Source: a virus. From it: a DNA stretch of 64,000 nt. This document shows positions 48,519-59,250 of this stretch, one piece after another. The notes beneath the pieces are model-generated. The model made no database searches, was not told the DNA's origin, and saw only the letters and a program-made list of their open reading frames with translations. Location of the stretch: the IMG/VR virus record IMGVR_UViG_3300029419_000188; one strand, written 5' to 3'. Made by a program: the position numbers and the translations under genes. Numbering within the stretch: the first letter of the stretch is position 1; each line of letters opens with the position of its first letter.

Positions 48519-50321
48519 CTATATATTTTTTTCCATTTTGGAATATATGATATAAATCAAGAAACATAAAGAACCAGCAATAATAAACCCAATTGCTTTT
48601 TGTATTGTATTTTGTAGTGAAAGATCACATAATATTAATTTAAAACAACTAAAAAATGTTAATCCAAGAGAGTATATTCTAAACATTTTTAGTTTAAATT
48701 TAAATCCAATACAAACAAAAATAATTGCTAAGAAAATTAATGTTAGCGTAATTATCAAGTTTAAAGTATTTATCAAATCTAATACATACCATATATATGC
48801 TGTATATTTTAATCCAATCCAAACAATTCCATAATTTTTATTTAAACATTCTTTCACAGAAACTGTTAATAAAGCAAAACCTATCAATATATAATACAGT
48901 AATTTTATAGTTGATGGATGATAAGCACTCAATGAAATTGAGACAATAATTAATAAATACACATTGAAAATTCTTCTTAAAATTATCAAATATTTTTCTT
49001 CTTTATCAGTAAACAAAAATACATATACTTGAATACCTAATCCCATCAAAAGAGGAATCGCAAAATAAGAATTTAAATTCATATAGAATATCCATAATAT
49101 AAGTAATATGTATGTTGTTAACAAATCTTTCTTTTGATTTACATATGTAATAATCAATATTGATATTGGAACAATTGAAAAATAAATTGGATAATAACTC
49201 ATTATAAAAGTGAACATTCCAATTATTATAAACTTAGTCCATTTATAAACATTTTCATTTGTTAAATGTTCTCTAACTGCAAAGAAAATATAAATGATAG
49301 ATATAATAATAAAAGTTATAAATGGATAGAGTGTTTTTTCATTCAAAAGTAATAGAGAAGATATATTCGCGAATAAAGAATAACAGAGAAAAATATATGG
49401 AATGTTTTGTGTAAATTTCTTTTCTCTTATTCTTATAAACAGTATTAATGATATTGCTGTAATTATAATCTCTATTAAATTTGAAATATCATTTATTTCT
49501 TTTGTTGTTAATCCATGAGTAAAAATATAAGGTATTGTTAGATTAATAATTGTTAGAGATTGACAAAATGCAGCAATAATGTTTACTGAATCTTCTTCAT
49601 TTTTAAAAGAAAATGAATAAATAATAAAAGGAATAATAATTAAAACAGTTAATTTACTATTAATAGAAAGATATAAAATTGTTGCAATAATCAGCATAAA
49701 ACTATTCACATATTTTTTCCATTTTGTATCAATTCTAAAAATATTTGAAAGAAGAATGAAAGAGAAACAACTCAATAATTCTTTTTTTATATAAATTCCG
49801 AATATAGACACAATAGTTAAACCTAATATACCTGTAAGAGAAAATGTCTCATCTTTTTTTTGTTCGTAAAACAGTGCAAATAGCCACAACAAAATTAATA
49901 TATAAAAAACGATCTCAGGAATTAATTTAAAATATCCATATGTGGTAAAAAATGATAAATAAATTGACATATAACCACAGTGTTGAATTACTTGATAATT
50001 TTTCTTTTTACCCAAAAGTAATAATCCAATACTGATAAGATACATAATTACTACTTTTATAACAACTGAATCCATTGCAATCACAAGAAAAGATATTCCA
50101 CACAAAATCAAACAAGCAGCAATAATTCCAATAATTTTTCCAATATTTTTTTCAATATTTTCAAAAGTAAATGATTTTTTCTTTTGTTTTTTCAGTAGTT
50201 GTGTCTCATATGTTGAATGTTTAAATTCTTTTACGGTTTTAGACTGTTCTTTTTCTTCCAACATTTTTTCTAATTTTAGAACTCTTTGTTCTAATTCTTC
50301 AATTCTTTTTTCTGTATCCAT
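48519..50321 (-). CDS. large polytopic integral membrane protein with an N-terminal cytoplasmic coiled coil
   Basis: RBS GAAGGGGATTT; MDTEKRIEELEQRVLKLEKMLEEKEQ followed by >12 hydrophobic helices; terminator hairpin at 48487-48522. Confidence 0.5.
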   Translation of the reverse strand: MDTEKRIEELEQRVLKLEKMLEEKEQSKTVKEFKHSTYETQLLKKQKKKSFTFENIEKNIGKIIGIIAACLILCGISFLVIAMDSVVIKVVIMYLISIGLLLLGKKKNYQVIQHCGYMSIYLSFFTTYGYFKLIPEIVFYILILLWLFALFYEQKKDETFSLTGILGLTIVSIFGIYIKKELLSCFSFILLSNIFRIDTKWKKYVNSFMLIIATILYLSINSKLTVLIIIPFIIYSFSFKNEEDSVNIIAAFCQSLTIINLTIPYIFTHGLTTKEINDISNLIEIIITAISLILFIRIREKKFTQNIPYIFLCYSLFANISSLLLLNEKTLYPFITFIIISIIYIFFAVREHLTNENVYKWTKFIIIGMFTFIMSYYPIYFSIVPISILIITYVNQKKDLLTTYILLILWIFYMNLNSYFAIPLLMGLGIQVYVFLFTDKEEKYLIILRRIFNVYLLIIVSISLSAYHPSTIKLLYYILIGFALLTVSVKECLNKNYGIVWIGLKYTAYIWYVLDLINTLNLIITLTLIFLAIIFVCIGFKFKLKMFRIYSLGLTFFSCFKLILCDLSLQNTIQKAIGFIIAGSLCFLIYIIYSKMEKNI

Positions 50322-50496
50322 AAATCCCCTTCTTTCTTTTCTTTTATTATAGATAAAAGGAGAAGATTTATAAGAAAAAAATGATTCATTTTTTCTTATA
50401 AAAAATTTATTTTTTTAATTATGAATAATTTTTTAAAAAATATTTATAATGATGATAACTAAAAATAAAAATAAGTTTTGAAAAGGAGAGAAAAAC

Positions 50497-51063
50497 ATGA
50501 AATATTTAGCAGATGATGGAAAAGTTTTTGAAAAAGAAAATGATTGTAGAGAATATGAGGAATCCTTAAAAAAGAAAAAGAATGAAGAAATTCTAGAAGA
50601 AATGAAAGAATTAGATTTAAGAATTTGGAGAACATTTCATCCAGAAGATATAAGTACTAATGAACCATCTTTAGTACTTGCTCCAATTTGGTTAAAAACA
50701 GACATTTGTTCCATTTTTATTGATTTTGAAAATAGTAAAGAAACTATTCTTGAAATGATTCATGATTCAAAATATGGAAGAGAAATTCTTGATAAATATT
50801 TAAAATGGTCAGATATTGAAAAAAATGTTGAAGTAAGAAAAGATTTTACTACTGCATTTAAAAATGTAAAATATGGAACTGATCTATCTAAGATTCTAGA
50901 TTATGCTTTTAACAAACGTGATTTAAAAAATCTTGCAAGTTTACATAAGAAAAACAAATATAGAAGAAAAATTGAAGAATTATTATCAGATTGTAATTTT
51001 CATCATGTAATTGCAGATTTTCATGATAAAAATTATGATAAATATTTGAAAGAAGAAAGATAA
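50497..51063 (+). CDS. hypothetical protein (a decayed paralog fragment lies at 60415-60525)
   Basis: consensus leader TTTTGAAAAGGAGAGAAAAACATG. Confidence 0.5.
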   Translation: MKYLADDGKVFEKENDCREYEESLKKKKNEEILEEMKELDLRIWRTFHPEDISTNEPSLVLAPIWLKTDICSIFIDFENSKETILEMIHDSKYGREILDKYLKWSDIEKNVEVRKDFTTAFKNVKYGTDLSKILDYAFNKRDLKNLASLHKKNKYRRKIEELLSDCNFHHVIADFHDKNYDKYLKEER

Positions 51064-51099
51064 TATAATTTGTTTAAGTTTTTAAAAGGAGAAAAAAAT

Positions 51100-52143
51100 A
51101 TGCTAAAAAATTATGAAGATGGAAAAATGGTGAAAGAAAGTGTAGTATCAAATATGAATACATTTGAGATGGTCAAGTTCTTTTTTAAGAATGCAATTCC
51201 ACATACAAATTATGATATTCCAATTATCGTAGATGAAGAGAAAATGAAAAAATATTCTTATCCAACAAATAATCAATTTTCTGTTGGATATGAATTACCA
51301 TTGATTTCAAAATCTATTTTTGATTTTCATGAATTCATTGATAAAAATAAAATAGATTTAAAACATGATCAAATTGATTGTTACCTGCAAGCTTATAGTA
51401 AAAATGATCGAATGATTTGGAATTGGTCATCAAAAGAAACTTTATCACCTATGGGATTGGATATTATGAAAAAAATCATGACATCAAAACAAGGTATGAT
51501 TTCTTTATATCCATGTAAAAATAGTTTTAAGGCAGAGTTTGGTATATCTTATGACAATGATAAAGTTCGGTTTTCATTTTATTTACCTGTATATATTTAC
51601 ACGAATGAAAATGATTCACCTAAACTTGCATTTGATGAACTTCCAAATTATATAAAATGCTGGTCTGCAATAAAAGAATATTTCCCAACTGAGAATCGAG
51701 ATGTTGTCATTGAACCAATTCATACAAATTTAGAAAATAATTTTTGTATCAAGCAAGATTGGGATTGGGATGGTTCTCATGATATTTTACCATTTGTACC
51801 ATTTGCTCAAAATATAATGTGGCCAAAGAATGAAGATTTACAAACTGTTCTTCAAAAATCTTATCCTCATTTACTTCCATATTTTGATAGTATCAAGGAA
51901 ATAATTTTTCATCGACCATATTCATTTTGCTGCAACATTGAACGATACAACGAGTATAATAAAAACATTGTTGATCCAATTGAAGAAACAAAATATTCAA
52001 ATCTTATCCCAAAGTTTCTTCAAGCAAAAAAATTATATGCAACACTAACACAAAGAGAAGATGCAATTCAAGTAGCATATAAATTTTCAGCATTTGGATT
52101 TCAATTATCTTTTCCTGTATATATTTATATGGATGAAAAATAA
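51100..52143 (+). CDS. hypothetical protein
   Basis: consensus leader; terminator at 52152-52185. Confidence 0.5.
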   Translation: MLKNYEDGKMVKESVVSNMNTFEMVKFFFKNAIPHTNYDIPIIVDEEKMKKYSYPTNNQFSVGYELPLISKSIFDFHEFIDKNKIDLKHDQIDCYLQAYSKNDRMIWNWSSKETLSPMGLDIMKKIMTSKQGMISLYPCKNSFKAEFGISYDNDKVRFSFYLPVYIYTNENDSPKLAFDELPNYIKCWSAIKEYFPTENRDVVIEPIHTNLENNFCIKQDWDWDGSHDILPFVPFAQNIMWPKNEDLQTVLQKSYPHLLPYFDSIKEIIFHRPYSFCCNIERYNEYNKNIVDPIEETKYSNLIPKFLQAKKLYATLTQREDAIQVAYKFSAFGFQLSFPVYIYMDEK

Positions 52144-52299
52144 TATTTAAAATAGACATGGTGTAATTGCCATGTCTATTTTATGTGTATCATATTTTAC
52201 TTTATTTTTTTCAAATATTTTTTCTTAACTCATTCTTGATATTGTAATATTTCTCAAACAATTATTTATAATTTAGAAAAAAATGAATGAGGTGTAAAC

Positions 52300-52500
52300 A
52301 TGAAATTTGGAATGAGAAAACCAAGTTTTAAAAAATCAATTGCAGCTAGAACAACTGGAAAAATCAAAAAATCAATTAAAAAGACATTAATTCCTGGATA
52401 TGGTAAAAAAGGAATGGGATTAATAAAAAATCCAAAGAAATCAATGTACAACAAGATATACAAAAAAACAACTTTTTCAATTTTTGATTTGTTTAAATAA
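52300..52500 (+). CDS. small, very basic protein (possible nucleic-acid-binding)
   Basis: 66 aa with >30% Lys/Arg; RBS TGAGGTG; preferred over the antisense ORF 52266..52628. Confidence 0.4.
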   Translation: MKFGMRKPSFKKSIAARTTGKIKKSIKKTLIPGYGKKGMGLIKNPKKSMYNKIYKKTTFSIFDLFK

Positions 52501-52599
52501 TTTATAAAATTAAGAACTGAAAAAATGAAGTATATAATTAAATGATGTGGAAAAATTCTTGAACAAAATAATACATATTTAAAGAAGAAAGGAAACAAT

Positions 52600-53280
52600 A
52601 TGAAAATTACTATTAATACAACTGGCACAGCAAATCAAATGCCAACAATAATACACTTAACTTTTAAATTCAATGCAACTAATAAAGAAAAAGAACGTGT
52701 TATTAATTTTGGTTCAAAACAAATTTTAAAATTTAAAGAAATATTGAAAAAATTAAATATTTCAGAAGAAACAATGGAAACAATATCTTATGATTTAAAA
52801 GAAAAAACAAAAAGAGTTGAAAATACAAAAGGATTTGTAAATAAAGAATTAACTACTGAATATGTTTTTGATCATTATGAGTTAATACAAACAATTTCTA
52901 TTGATATTCCTTATGATTTAGAATTATTTTCTCAATTAATTGCAGAAAAAGAAAAATCAAATGATAAAATTACTTGTAATTTTTCATTTACATTAACAAA
53001 AGAAGAATTTGAAATTCTAGAAGCTGAAGCTATTTCAAATGCAATTACAAATGCAACAAAAAAAGCAGAAATAATTAAAGATAATTTAAAGAAAGAAAAT
53101 CTAGAATGTATTTCAATGAATTATCAAGAATATCAAAATTATGGATATGCAAGAACTGCTGTTAATTTTGAACAGGCAATTGAACAACAAGATATTAATA
53201 CAAAAGACTTAGAAAGTAGTTTATATCCACAAAAAATTAAGAAAAATGTAAATTTGACTGTAAATTTTAAACTAAATTAA
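52600..53280 (+). CDS. hypothetical protein, possibly SIMPL (DUF541)-like
   Basis: RBS GAAAGGAAAC; two-lobed pattern loosely resembling SIMPL/BP26 proteins. Confidence 0.3.
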   Translation: MKITINTTGTANQMPTIIHLTFKFNATNKEKERVINFGSKQILKFKEILKKLNISEETMETISYDLKEKTKRVENTKGFVNKELTTEYVFDHYELIQTISIDIPYDLELFSQLIAEKEKSNDKITCNFSFTLTKEEFEILEAEAISNAITNATKKAEIIKDNLKKENLECISMNYQEYQNYGYARTAVNFEQAIEQQDINTKDLESSLYPQKIKKNVNLTVNFKLN

Positions 53281-53418
53281 AAATAGTTTGAAAATATTTT
53301 TAAGTAAAAGTAATTGTTTTACAATTTAATATTTTTTCTTTTTATATATACAATTATTATTATTGAATCAAAAATGAAAACAATTTAAAATAATTAAAGA
53401 GATGTTATTAACATCTCT

Positions 53419-53913
53419 TTAATCTCTTGTTTCAAAGTTTTTACAATTAGAAACTTTCATATCATCAATATATCCATTTATTGTATCATCTTTATTGCAA
53501 AAATAATAAAGTTCTGTTCCTGTATAATCAAAAGTTTGTGTTAGATGTTTGCAATTCATACAAGTATATTGTTTAAAACAATAATCATAAGTATATTCAA
53601 ACTTAGTAACATCTACAATATCAAATATCTTATTACCTATTTGTAAAATTTCTTCATCAATTTGTCCAATATATCCAGATATATTAGATTTCAAAATGTC
53701 TTCTGGTCCATAACACCATTGAACGTAATTTTTATATGAATCATATTCTAGAGAATATTCTTTTAATTGATTTTTAATGCTTTTTTGCAATTTTTCATTA
53801 TTTTGAAAACTTGAAAAAAAACAAAATCCATAATAATCTTCTGCAAATCCTTTATCAAAAATTACAATATATAAATTATTACTCAAACTATAGATTCCAC
53901 CTATTTTTAACAT
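53419..53913 (-). CDS. hypothetical protein, KIGGIY paralog family with a Cys-rich C-terminal extension
   Basis: MLKIGGIYSLSNNLYIVIFD; SGYIGQIDEEILQ; RBS AAAGGACAAG. Confidence 0.5.
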   Translation of the reverse strand: MLKIGGIYSLSNNLYIVIFDKGFAEDYYGFCFFSSFQNNEKLQKSIKNQLKEYSLEYDSYKNYVQWCYGPEDILKSNISGYIGQIDEEILQIGNKIFDIVDVTKFEYTYDYCFKQYTCMNCKHLTQTFDYTGTELYYFCNKDDTINGYIDDMKVSNCKNFETRD

Positions 53914-53965
53914 TTCTTGTCCTTTCTAATTTTTCTCAATTGTTTTCTTTATTATAGATTTTTTT

Positions 53966-54418
53966 TTGTGTATTATTCAGTTTTTGTCTATTATTTTTAC
54001 ATATTCACTTGTGGAAAAGATAGATTTAAAAACAACAAAAAGGAAAAGTACCTATCAAAATAAGAAATTAAATAAAATCACACATACAATTCCATACGCA
54101 AGATATTTAGAAATGGTAAATTATCTTGGTTATAAATTTGAATTTTTGATTATTAAAGTTCATCTTGCCTATACTAGTCAAATTGGAAAAATAAAATATC
54201 AAGACAAAATGAAAATTCCATCTCATATTGCTGCTAGTTATGTAATTGCAAGACGTGGAATGAAATATAGTCATAATGAACATATTCCAAAAGAATATAA
54301 ACATTTCATTCAAGATATAAAAGAAAAACATTATTGGAGTAAATTTAATAAAATTTACAAGGAACTAGAAAACAAAAAAAGGCAACTAAAAAACATAAAA
54401 CTAAACAACAAACCATAA
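53966..54418 (+). pseudogene. truncated, degenerate TnpB-like C-terminal fragment
   Basis: LAYTSQ (RuvC-II ..YTSQ-like) followed directly by HIAASYVIARRG (RuvC-III D.D.NAA.NI.RRG-like, with D replaced by H); no zinc finger or N-terminal domains. Confidence 0.4.
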
Positions 54419-54780
54419 ATAATAAATAAACTTATATATAGGAAGTACTCAGTTCTTTGAAGGACTTGTTAATGAATTGCTATGTATCAACCTGTAAATC
54501 TGATAGGAAGTTGTTTTTTGTGCCGACTTGATTTTCTCTCCATGGGATTAGAAAATAGTGAAAAAAACACATTTCTATCAGAATACAAAAAGTCTACCGC
54601 GATGTAGATAGTAAGATTGTAAGACTCAAATTCTTAAACTGTACTCATGTGTGGGTATAAGTAAGAATCTTCCCACTTCAGCACAATAAACAACTGGTCA
54701 CAGTTGATTATTGTGTAAGTGGGAGTAGTTCAATCTAGGAAAATCTAAAAATCAAACTAAAGTATAAAATTAAACATATA
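54419..54780 (+). ncRNA. GC-rich structured non-coding region, candidate IS right-end/omega-RNA remnant
   Basis: long hairpin tcttcccacttcagcacaataa-[caactggtcacagttg]-ttattgtgtaagtgggag with a nested hairpin; lies immediately 3' of the TnpB-like fragment. Confidence 0.35.
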
Positions 54781-55020
54781 AAAAAATACATAACAAACAG
54801 AGATATTCAAAATGGATATCTCTATTTTATATGTTTTTTTTAACATTTAAATACAAAACTATTTATTATATGTATGCTTTTTACAATAGCAATTGGTATT
54901 ATAAATTTATTACAAGACAATGCAAATGAAATTAATTTTAGAAAATCTGCATTAACAGAATATTACATAAGGAAAAACAAGAAATAAGGAGTGAATCCAG
55001 CGTTCCTTATTTTTCACCTT

Positions 55021-55731
55021 CTAACATTCCAAAATTTGAATACTATCATATGTTTCCAAATTCAATGTACCATAACTACCATTCATTCTTCCAAATAGAA
55101 TGATATTATATTCCTTTTCTTCATTAATTCTTCCTTCAAATTTCGTGAGATAAATATTACATAAAAACCTATTGCCTTGATATACAGACAAAAAGTAATA
55201 GTTTCCAAATTTTTTTCCCTCTTTTTTTCTTAATTTTAATCTCACTTTTCTACCATAGTATAAGTAGAGAGAATCATCTGTTTTGTCCAAGAATCTTAAA
55301 GATTTTCTGCGTATAGTTTTCTTTGATGTCTGTCCCTTCTCACTTCTCTTTTCATTTTCTTCTATCAAAAATGGGTTTACAGTTTCTATGTTGTCTTCAG
55401 TCTTTATTTTCTCTTCAAACAAGCTTCTGTAAAAAACAGATAATTTCTCTTGTATGTTTCCATTTTTCTTCAATTTATCCACATACTTCATCATTGTACG
55501 ATTGCTAACTTGGTTGTAATTATTAATACAATTCTCTTCATGATGATTATCTATCAATTGTCCATTTGTGGAAAGATATCCCTCTTTTCCATGATAATAG
55601 ACCAATTTTGCTTTTTTACAAACAGGACAGAGAATATGTCCTTTCTGTATTTTTTTAAAATTTTCATCTTCTAATTCTTCAATCATATGATATTGTCCAT
55701 CCAAATTACTGTAAAATTGTTCATATTTCAT
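55021..55731 (-). CDS. hypothetical Zn-ribbon (CPVCKK) protein
   Basis: RBS AATAGGAGAGATAAAG on the minus strand. Confidence 0.5.
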   Translation of the reverse strand: MKYEQFYSNLDGQYHMIEELEDENFKKIQKGHILCPVCKKAKLVYYHGKEGYLSTNGQLIDNHHEENCINNYNQVSNRTMMKYVDKLKKNGNIQEKLSVFYRSLFEEKIKTEDNIETVNPFLIEENEKRSEKGQTSKKTIRRKSLRFLDKTDDSLYLYYGRKVRLKLRKKEGKKFGNYYFLSVYQGNRFLCNIYLTKFEGRINEEKEYNIILFGRMNGSYGTLNLETYDSIQILEC

Positions 55732-56461
55732 CTTTATCTCTCCTATTTTTTTCTTTCATTATAGATGAAATTGTTTTTTTTATTCCTATTTTTTCATTCC
55801 TCCTCGGTTTCTCTTTCCCATAGAGGTCCTTCTACACAAACATTGGGAATGGTTTCAACCATTCCCTATGTCCTCACTTCTCCCTTTCAACAAAAGCGAC
55901 TATCTGTTAGAAGTCCTTTCCCCATTTTTTCAAACATCTTTTCTCGAATCTATCCAATTCTTCTCCTTTCTTCCATTTTTCAAAAATTCTTTCCTTCTCT
56001 TTCTTATTTTCTTCTTCAATCTCTCTAATTCTTTTCCCTAGTAAATCAATAAGATTATCAGTCCATTCTGCCACTTCTTCTTCTGTAGTATCTAGTTCAA
56101 TTGGATTATCAAGATCAAGAACACTTGCAGACAAGTGGTTATGAACAATTCTTCTCGGCACTAAAGTACCGAGGATGCTTGTTCAATAATCCTTAAAGTG
56201 TATAAATACCTTCATTTCAAATAGACATTCCTATTTCATAAATTCTTTCTATTTCATGGGACTGTTTTGTTTTGCATCAACAAAGTGTACAAAAATTTCT
56301 GTCAAAATGAAAGAAAATTTGTGACAATTGTCAATAGACAAGTGAAACCACAAATGATATGATGTGTAAATACATTAAGTGAAAGGAGAAAATTTGCTGA
56401 TGAAAACAAAAAAATTGGATGATGTAAGAAAAATGAATGAAAAATTTTGGAGGGAAAATAG

Positions 56462-56815
56462 ATGGATATAGAAAAATTAATCATTATCGTTTTGTTTTAT
56501 CTTGTACTTTTTGCAGTGTTTTTCATTATTGTTCTAAGTAAAATTGGAAACCCCACTATTTATGCACTTTGTCCATTTGCAGACGGAAGATATATCCACT
56601 ACAACAAAGACAAAAATACATTAACAATGTTGCAATATATTGACAAAGAAAATACTACATATAAGTATATTTCTTATAGTCTTAATGACGATGTAATCTT
56701 TAAGATTGCAGAAACAGCAAGTATCATCAAAACAACAGCATTGGATAGTCCCATTATTTGTCTTCCAAATTTGGATGAAGAACAAGTATTCATTGCAGAA
56801 AAAGAAAATAGCTAA
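56462..56815 (+). CDS. small membrane protein
   Basis: N-terminal TM IIVLFYLVLFAVFFIIVL; palindrome GTGACAATTGTCAA ~130 bp upstream. Confidence 0.4.
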   Translation: MDIEKLIIIVLFYLVLFAVFFIIVLSKIGNPTIYALCPFADGRYIHYNKDKNTLTMLQYIDKENTTYKYISYSLNDDVIFKIAETASIIKTTALDSPIICLPNLDEEQVFIAEKENS

Positions 56816-56848
56816 AACTTAAATTTGAAAAAGAAAGGTGGTTTTGAG

Positions 56849-57049
56849 TATGGCAAAGACATATCATCACATTCAAGGGAAGGATACTTATGATCAATAG
56901 GCAGAACTGACAATTTACACTGAGCATGGCAATGTTAATATCCTTTCTAGTGAGGAAGGTAACTCAGTTGTGCTCTCCAAAAAACAAACAAAAGAACTGA
57001 TTGAGATTTTGAAAAAATGTTTGAAAGAAGATTGCAAGTTTTTCCCATG
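56849..57049 (+). pseudogene. 66-codon ORF with a good RBS, interrupted by one in-frame TAG (56897-56899)
   Basis: AAAGGTGG RBS then ATG; translation MAKTYHHIQGKDTYDQ-TAG-AELTIYTEHGNVNILSSEEGNSVVLSKKQTKELIEILKKCLKEDCKFFP-TGA, all in one frame. Confidence 0.3.
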
Positions 57050-57110
57050 AATAAAAAAATAAAAAAACTCCAATTATATATAATACAAAAAATATAAAAG
57101 GAGTTTTTTT

Positions 57111-57578
57111 ATGGATTTTATTACATTTTTAAAAACATATTTCAATCAAATTAGTACTATTTGTGATACAAGACAACAATCAAAAGTCATTTATCATATA
57201 AGTAATATTTTAATTTTAATTATCATTGCTATGATGTGTGATTATAAAAATATTTTGACAATTCAACAATTTGTTGAACAAAATAAATCAATTTTATACA
57301 AACATCATTTATTGGAAAATGAAAAACAAATACCTAGTAAAAATACATTTTATAGAATACTAGATATTGTAAATTGGAAACAATTAAAATCAATATCTAG
57401 AATTATTATGTATGAATTACCATCTGAAATTCAAAATTTATTAAAAACAAATCAAATTTCAAAAATAATGGATGGTAAGTTCATAAAAGGAAATAAAAGA
57501 AATTCTATAAGAGCTGTAAATATAGTATCTTTATTTGATACTGCATTAGGGAGAAATATACCATTCACTACATCGTAG
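57111..57578 (+). pseudogene. ISAs1-family (H-repeat-associated) transposase, N-terminal fragment
   Basis: N-terminal region resembles the DDE_Tnp_1-associated N-terminal domain; ends at ~155 aa, whereas full-length ISAs1 transposases are ~370 aa. Confidence 0.5.
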
Positions 57579-58131
57579 AAGGATGTCTACTCTACTTTGT
57601 AACTGTACCAAGAGAGAAAAAAATTCAACAATCACTTTTTCTAGATGTACTGTCTTTGGTAAAAGAAGAAAAACAGAGAAAAAAGATTGAAGAATATGTG
57701 AAAGATAAATATACACCATTGAAAACAGAAGAGAACTCCTAACAGCTAGGAGTTCTCTATTTATTCCATTTCTTTCAAAAAAAGAACCCCCATTTCTAGG
57801 AGTTCTCTTTGATTTTACATCTATGACTCTATGTCTACAGTCATAGGTATAATGAGTGGCTGTTTTAGCATCTCTACAACATATCCTAATGCGTCGCAGT
57901 ACATGCTGATTATTTCATCTTTGGAAAAGGTCAGCCCATCCATTTCTGTTGTTGCGTTTTTAAACATTTCTTCCATTTTCTTCTCCTTCTCCTGACTTTC
58001 ACAGGCACAACTGATTGGCACAATCAGTTGTGGTATTATTCCTACCTTTTTGTTTCAACTGCTGTATTATAGATATGTATACAAAATATATTCCATTTTT
58101 TTTAATTTTTTCATTTTTTTCACAATTTCTC

Positions 58132-59250
58132 CTACTTCACTTCATACAACATTTCTGTAATTTTTTCTCCAGCTTCTCGATCCATTTCTTTTAATGTATG
58201 AGCGTAGATGTTAAGAGTAGTTGTAATATTACTGTGTCCAAGTCTGTCAGATACAATCTTAGAATTCACATTCTTCTGAATTAACAAAGTTGCATGTGCA
58301 TGTCTTAAATCATGAAAACGAATTTGTTTTAATTCTTTTTTTATTAAAAATCTTCTAAAACGTTGTGAAATACAATCTTCTCCAATTGGATTTCCTTTTT
58401 TATCAAAGAAAATTAATTCATCATTTATTCTTTCACCTTTTAATCTTTTTTGAATTTGTTTCTTACGTTCTTTCTTTAACATTTCAAAAATTTCTTGTGG
58501 TCCTGATAAATCACGGATAGAACTTTCTGTCTTTGGTTCTTTTAATATTACTTCACCATTTACTCTTGCAGTAATTTGTCTAACATGTATCACTTTATTT
58601 TCAAAATCAATATCTTGCCATCGAAGACCAAGTATTTCACTAATTCTTAAACCAAATCCAACTGCTAGATGTATTGGTAATTCAATATTTTTATCTTTCA
58701 CTTTTTCAAATAATATTTTCAAATCTTCTTCTGTATAAATTTCATTCTTAAATTTATTATTCTTTGGTATCATAATCCTATCAACAATTTTATCATCAAT
58801 TATTTGAAGTTTATATGCATAAGTAAGTGCAATACTTAATATATTTAAATGAATTTTTACTGTTTGTGGCTTTAATTCTAATATTTTTAAATCTACATAT
58901 TTTTGTAAATGAATGGGCTGCAACTCAGATAGCTTCAATTTACCAAGTATTGGATAAATATGTTTGATTAATATTTTTATATATTGTTCATATGTTGTAA
59001 TACTTATATTTCGTTTATATGAATTCATAAATTCATTCATATAATTTTCTAATGTTTGTTCATTTGGTAATTGCAATTTATTTATATCTTTTAAATATGA
59101 TAATTCTCGTTTTCGTTTTTCTGCATCTTTCTTATTCGTATAAGTTCCCATATTCTTCTGACTTCTTTTCTTAAACTCATCTTCAGATGTAAGATATACA
59201 TAATATTTACTGTTTCGTTCTCGTATAAATATACTCACTATTCTTTCCAT
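58132..59250 (-). CDS. tyrosine recombinase / phage-type integrase
   Basis: C-terminal catalytic region HDLRHAHATLLIQ...GHSNITTTLNIYAH (R..H..R..Y signature); N-terminal SAM-like core-binding region; RBS GAAAGGAGTATATT. Confidence 0.8.
   Translation of the reverse strand: MERIVSIFIRERNSKYYVYLTSEDEFKKRSQKNMGTYTNKKDAEKRKRELSYLKDINKLQLPNEQTLENYMNEFMNSYKRNISITTYEQYIKILIKHIYPILGKLKLSELQPIHLQKYVDLKILELKPQTVKIHLNILSIALTYAYKLQIIDDKIVDRIMIPKNNKFKNEIYTEEDLKILFEKVKDKNIELPIHLAVGFGLRISEILGLRWQDIDFENKVIHVRQITARVNGEVILKEPKTESSIRDLSGPQEIFEMLKKERKKQIQKRLKGERINDELIFFDKKGNPIGEDCISQRFRRFLIKKELKQIRFHDLRHAHATLLIQKNVNSKIVSDRLGHSNITTTLNIYAHTLKEMDREAGEKITEMLYEVK

Noticed and set aside
52266-52628. Minus-strand 120-aa ORF
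   Set aside because: It overlaps the + strand small basic protein gene (52300..52500), which has an RBS. The minus ORF is hydrophobic low-complexity with no RBS.
55765-56161. ORF 55765..56028(+) and ORF 55907..56161(-)
   Set aside because: The + ORF is a CT-rich low-complexity artefact. The minus ORF (charged, GTG start) may be real or a pseudogene remnant, but has no support beyond composition, so it is not called.
57821-58021. 66-aa minus-strand ORF next to the integrase as an excisionase
   Set aside because: No HTH or Xis-like motif is recognisable and its RBS is weak. I left it uncalled rather than naming a function.
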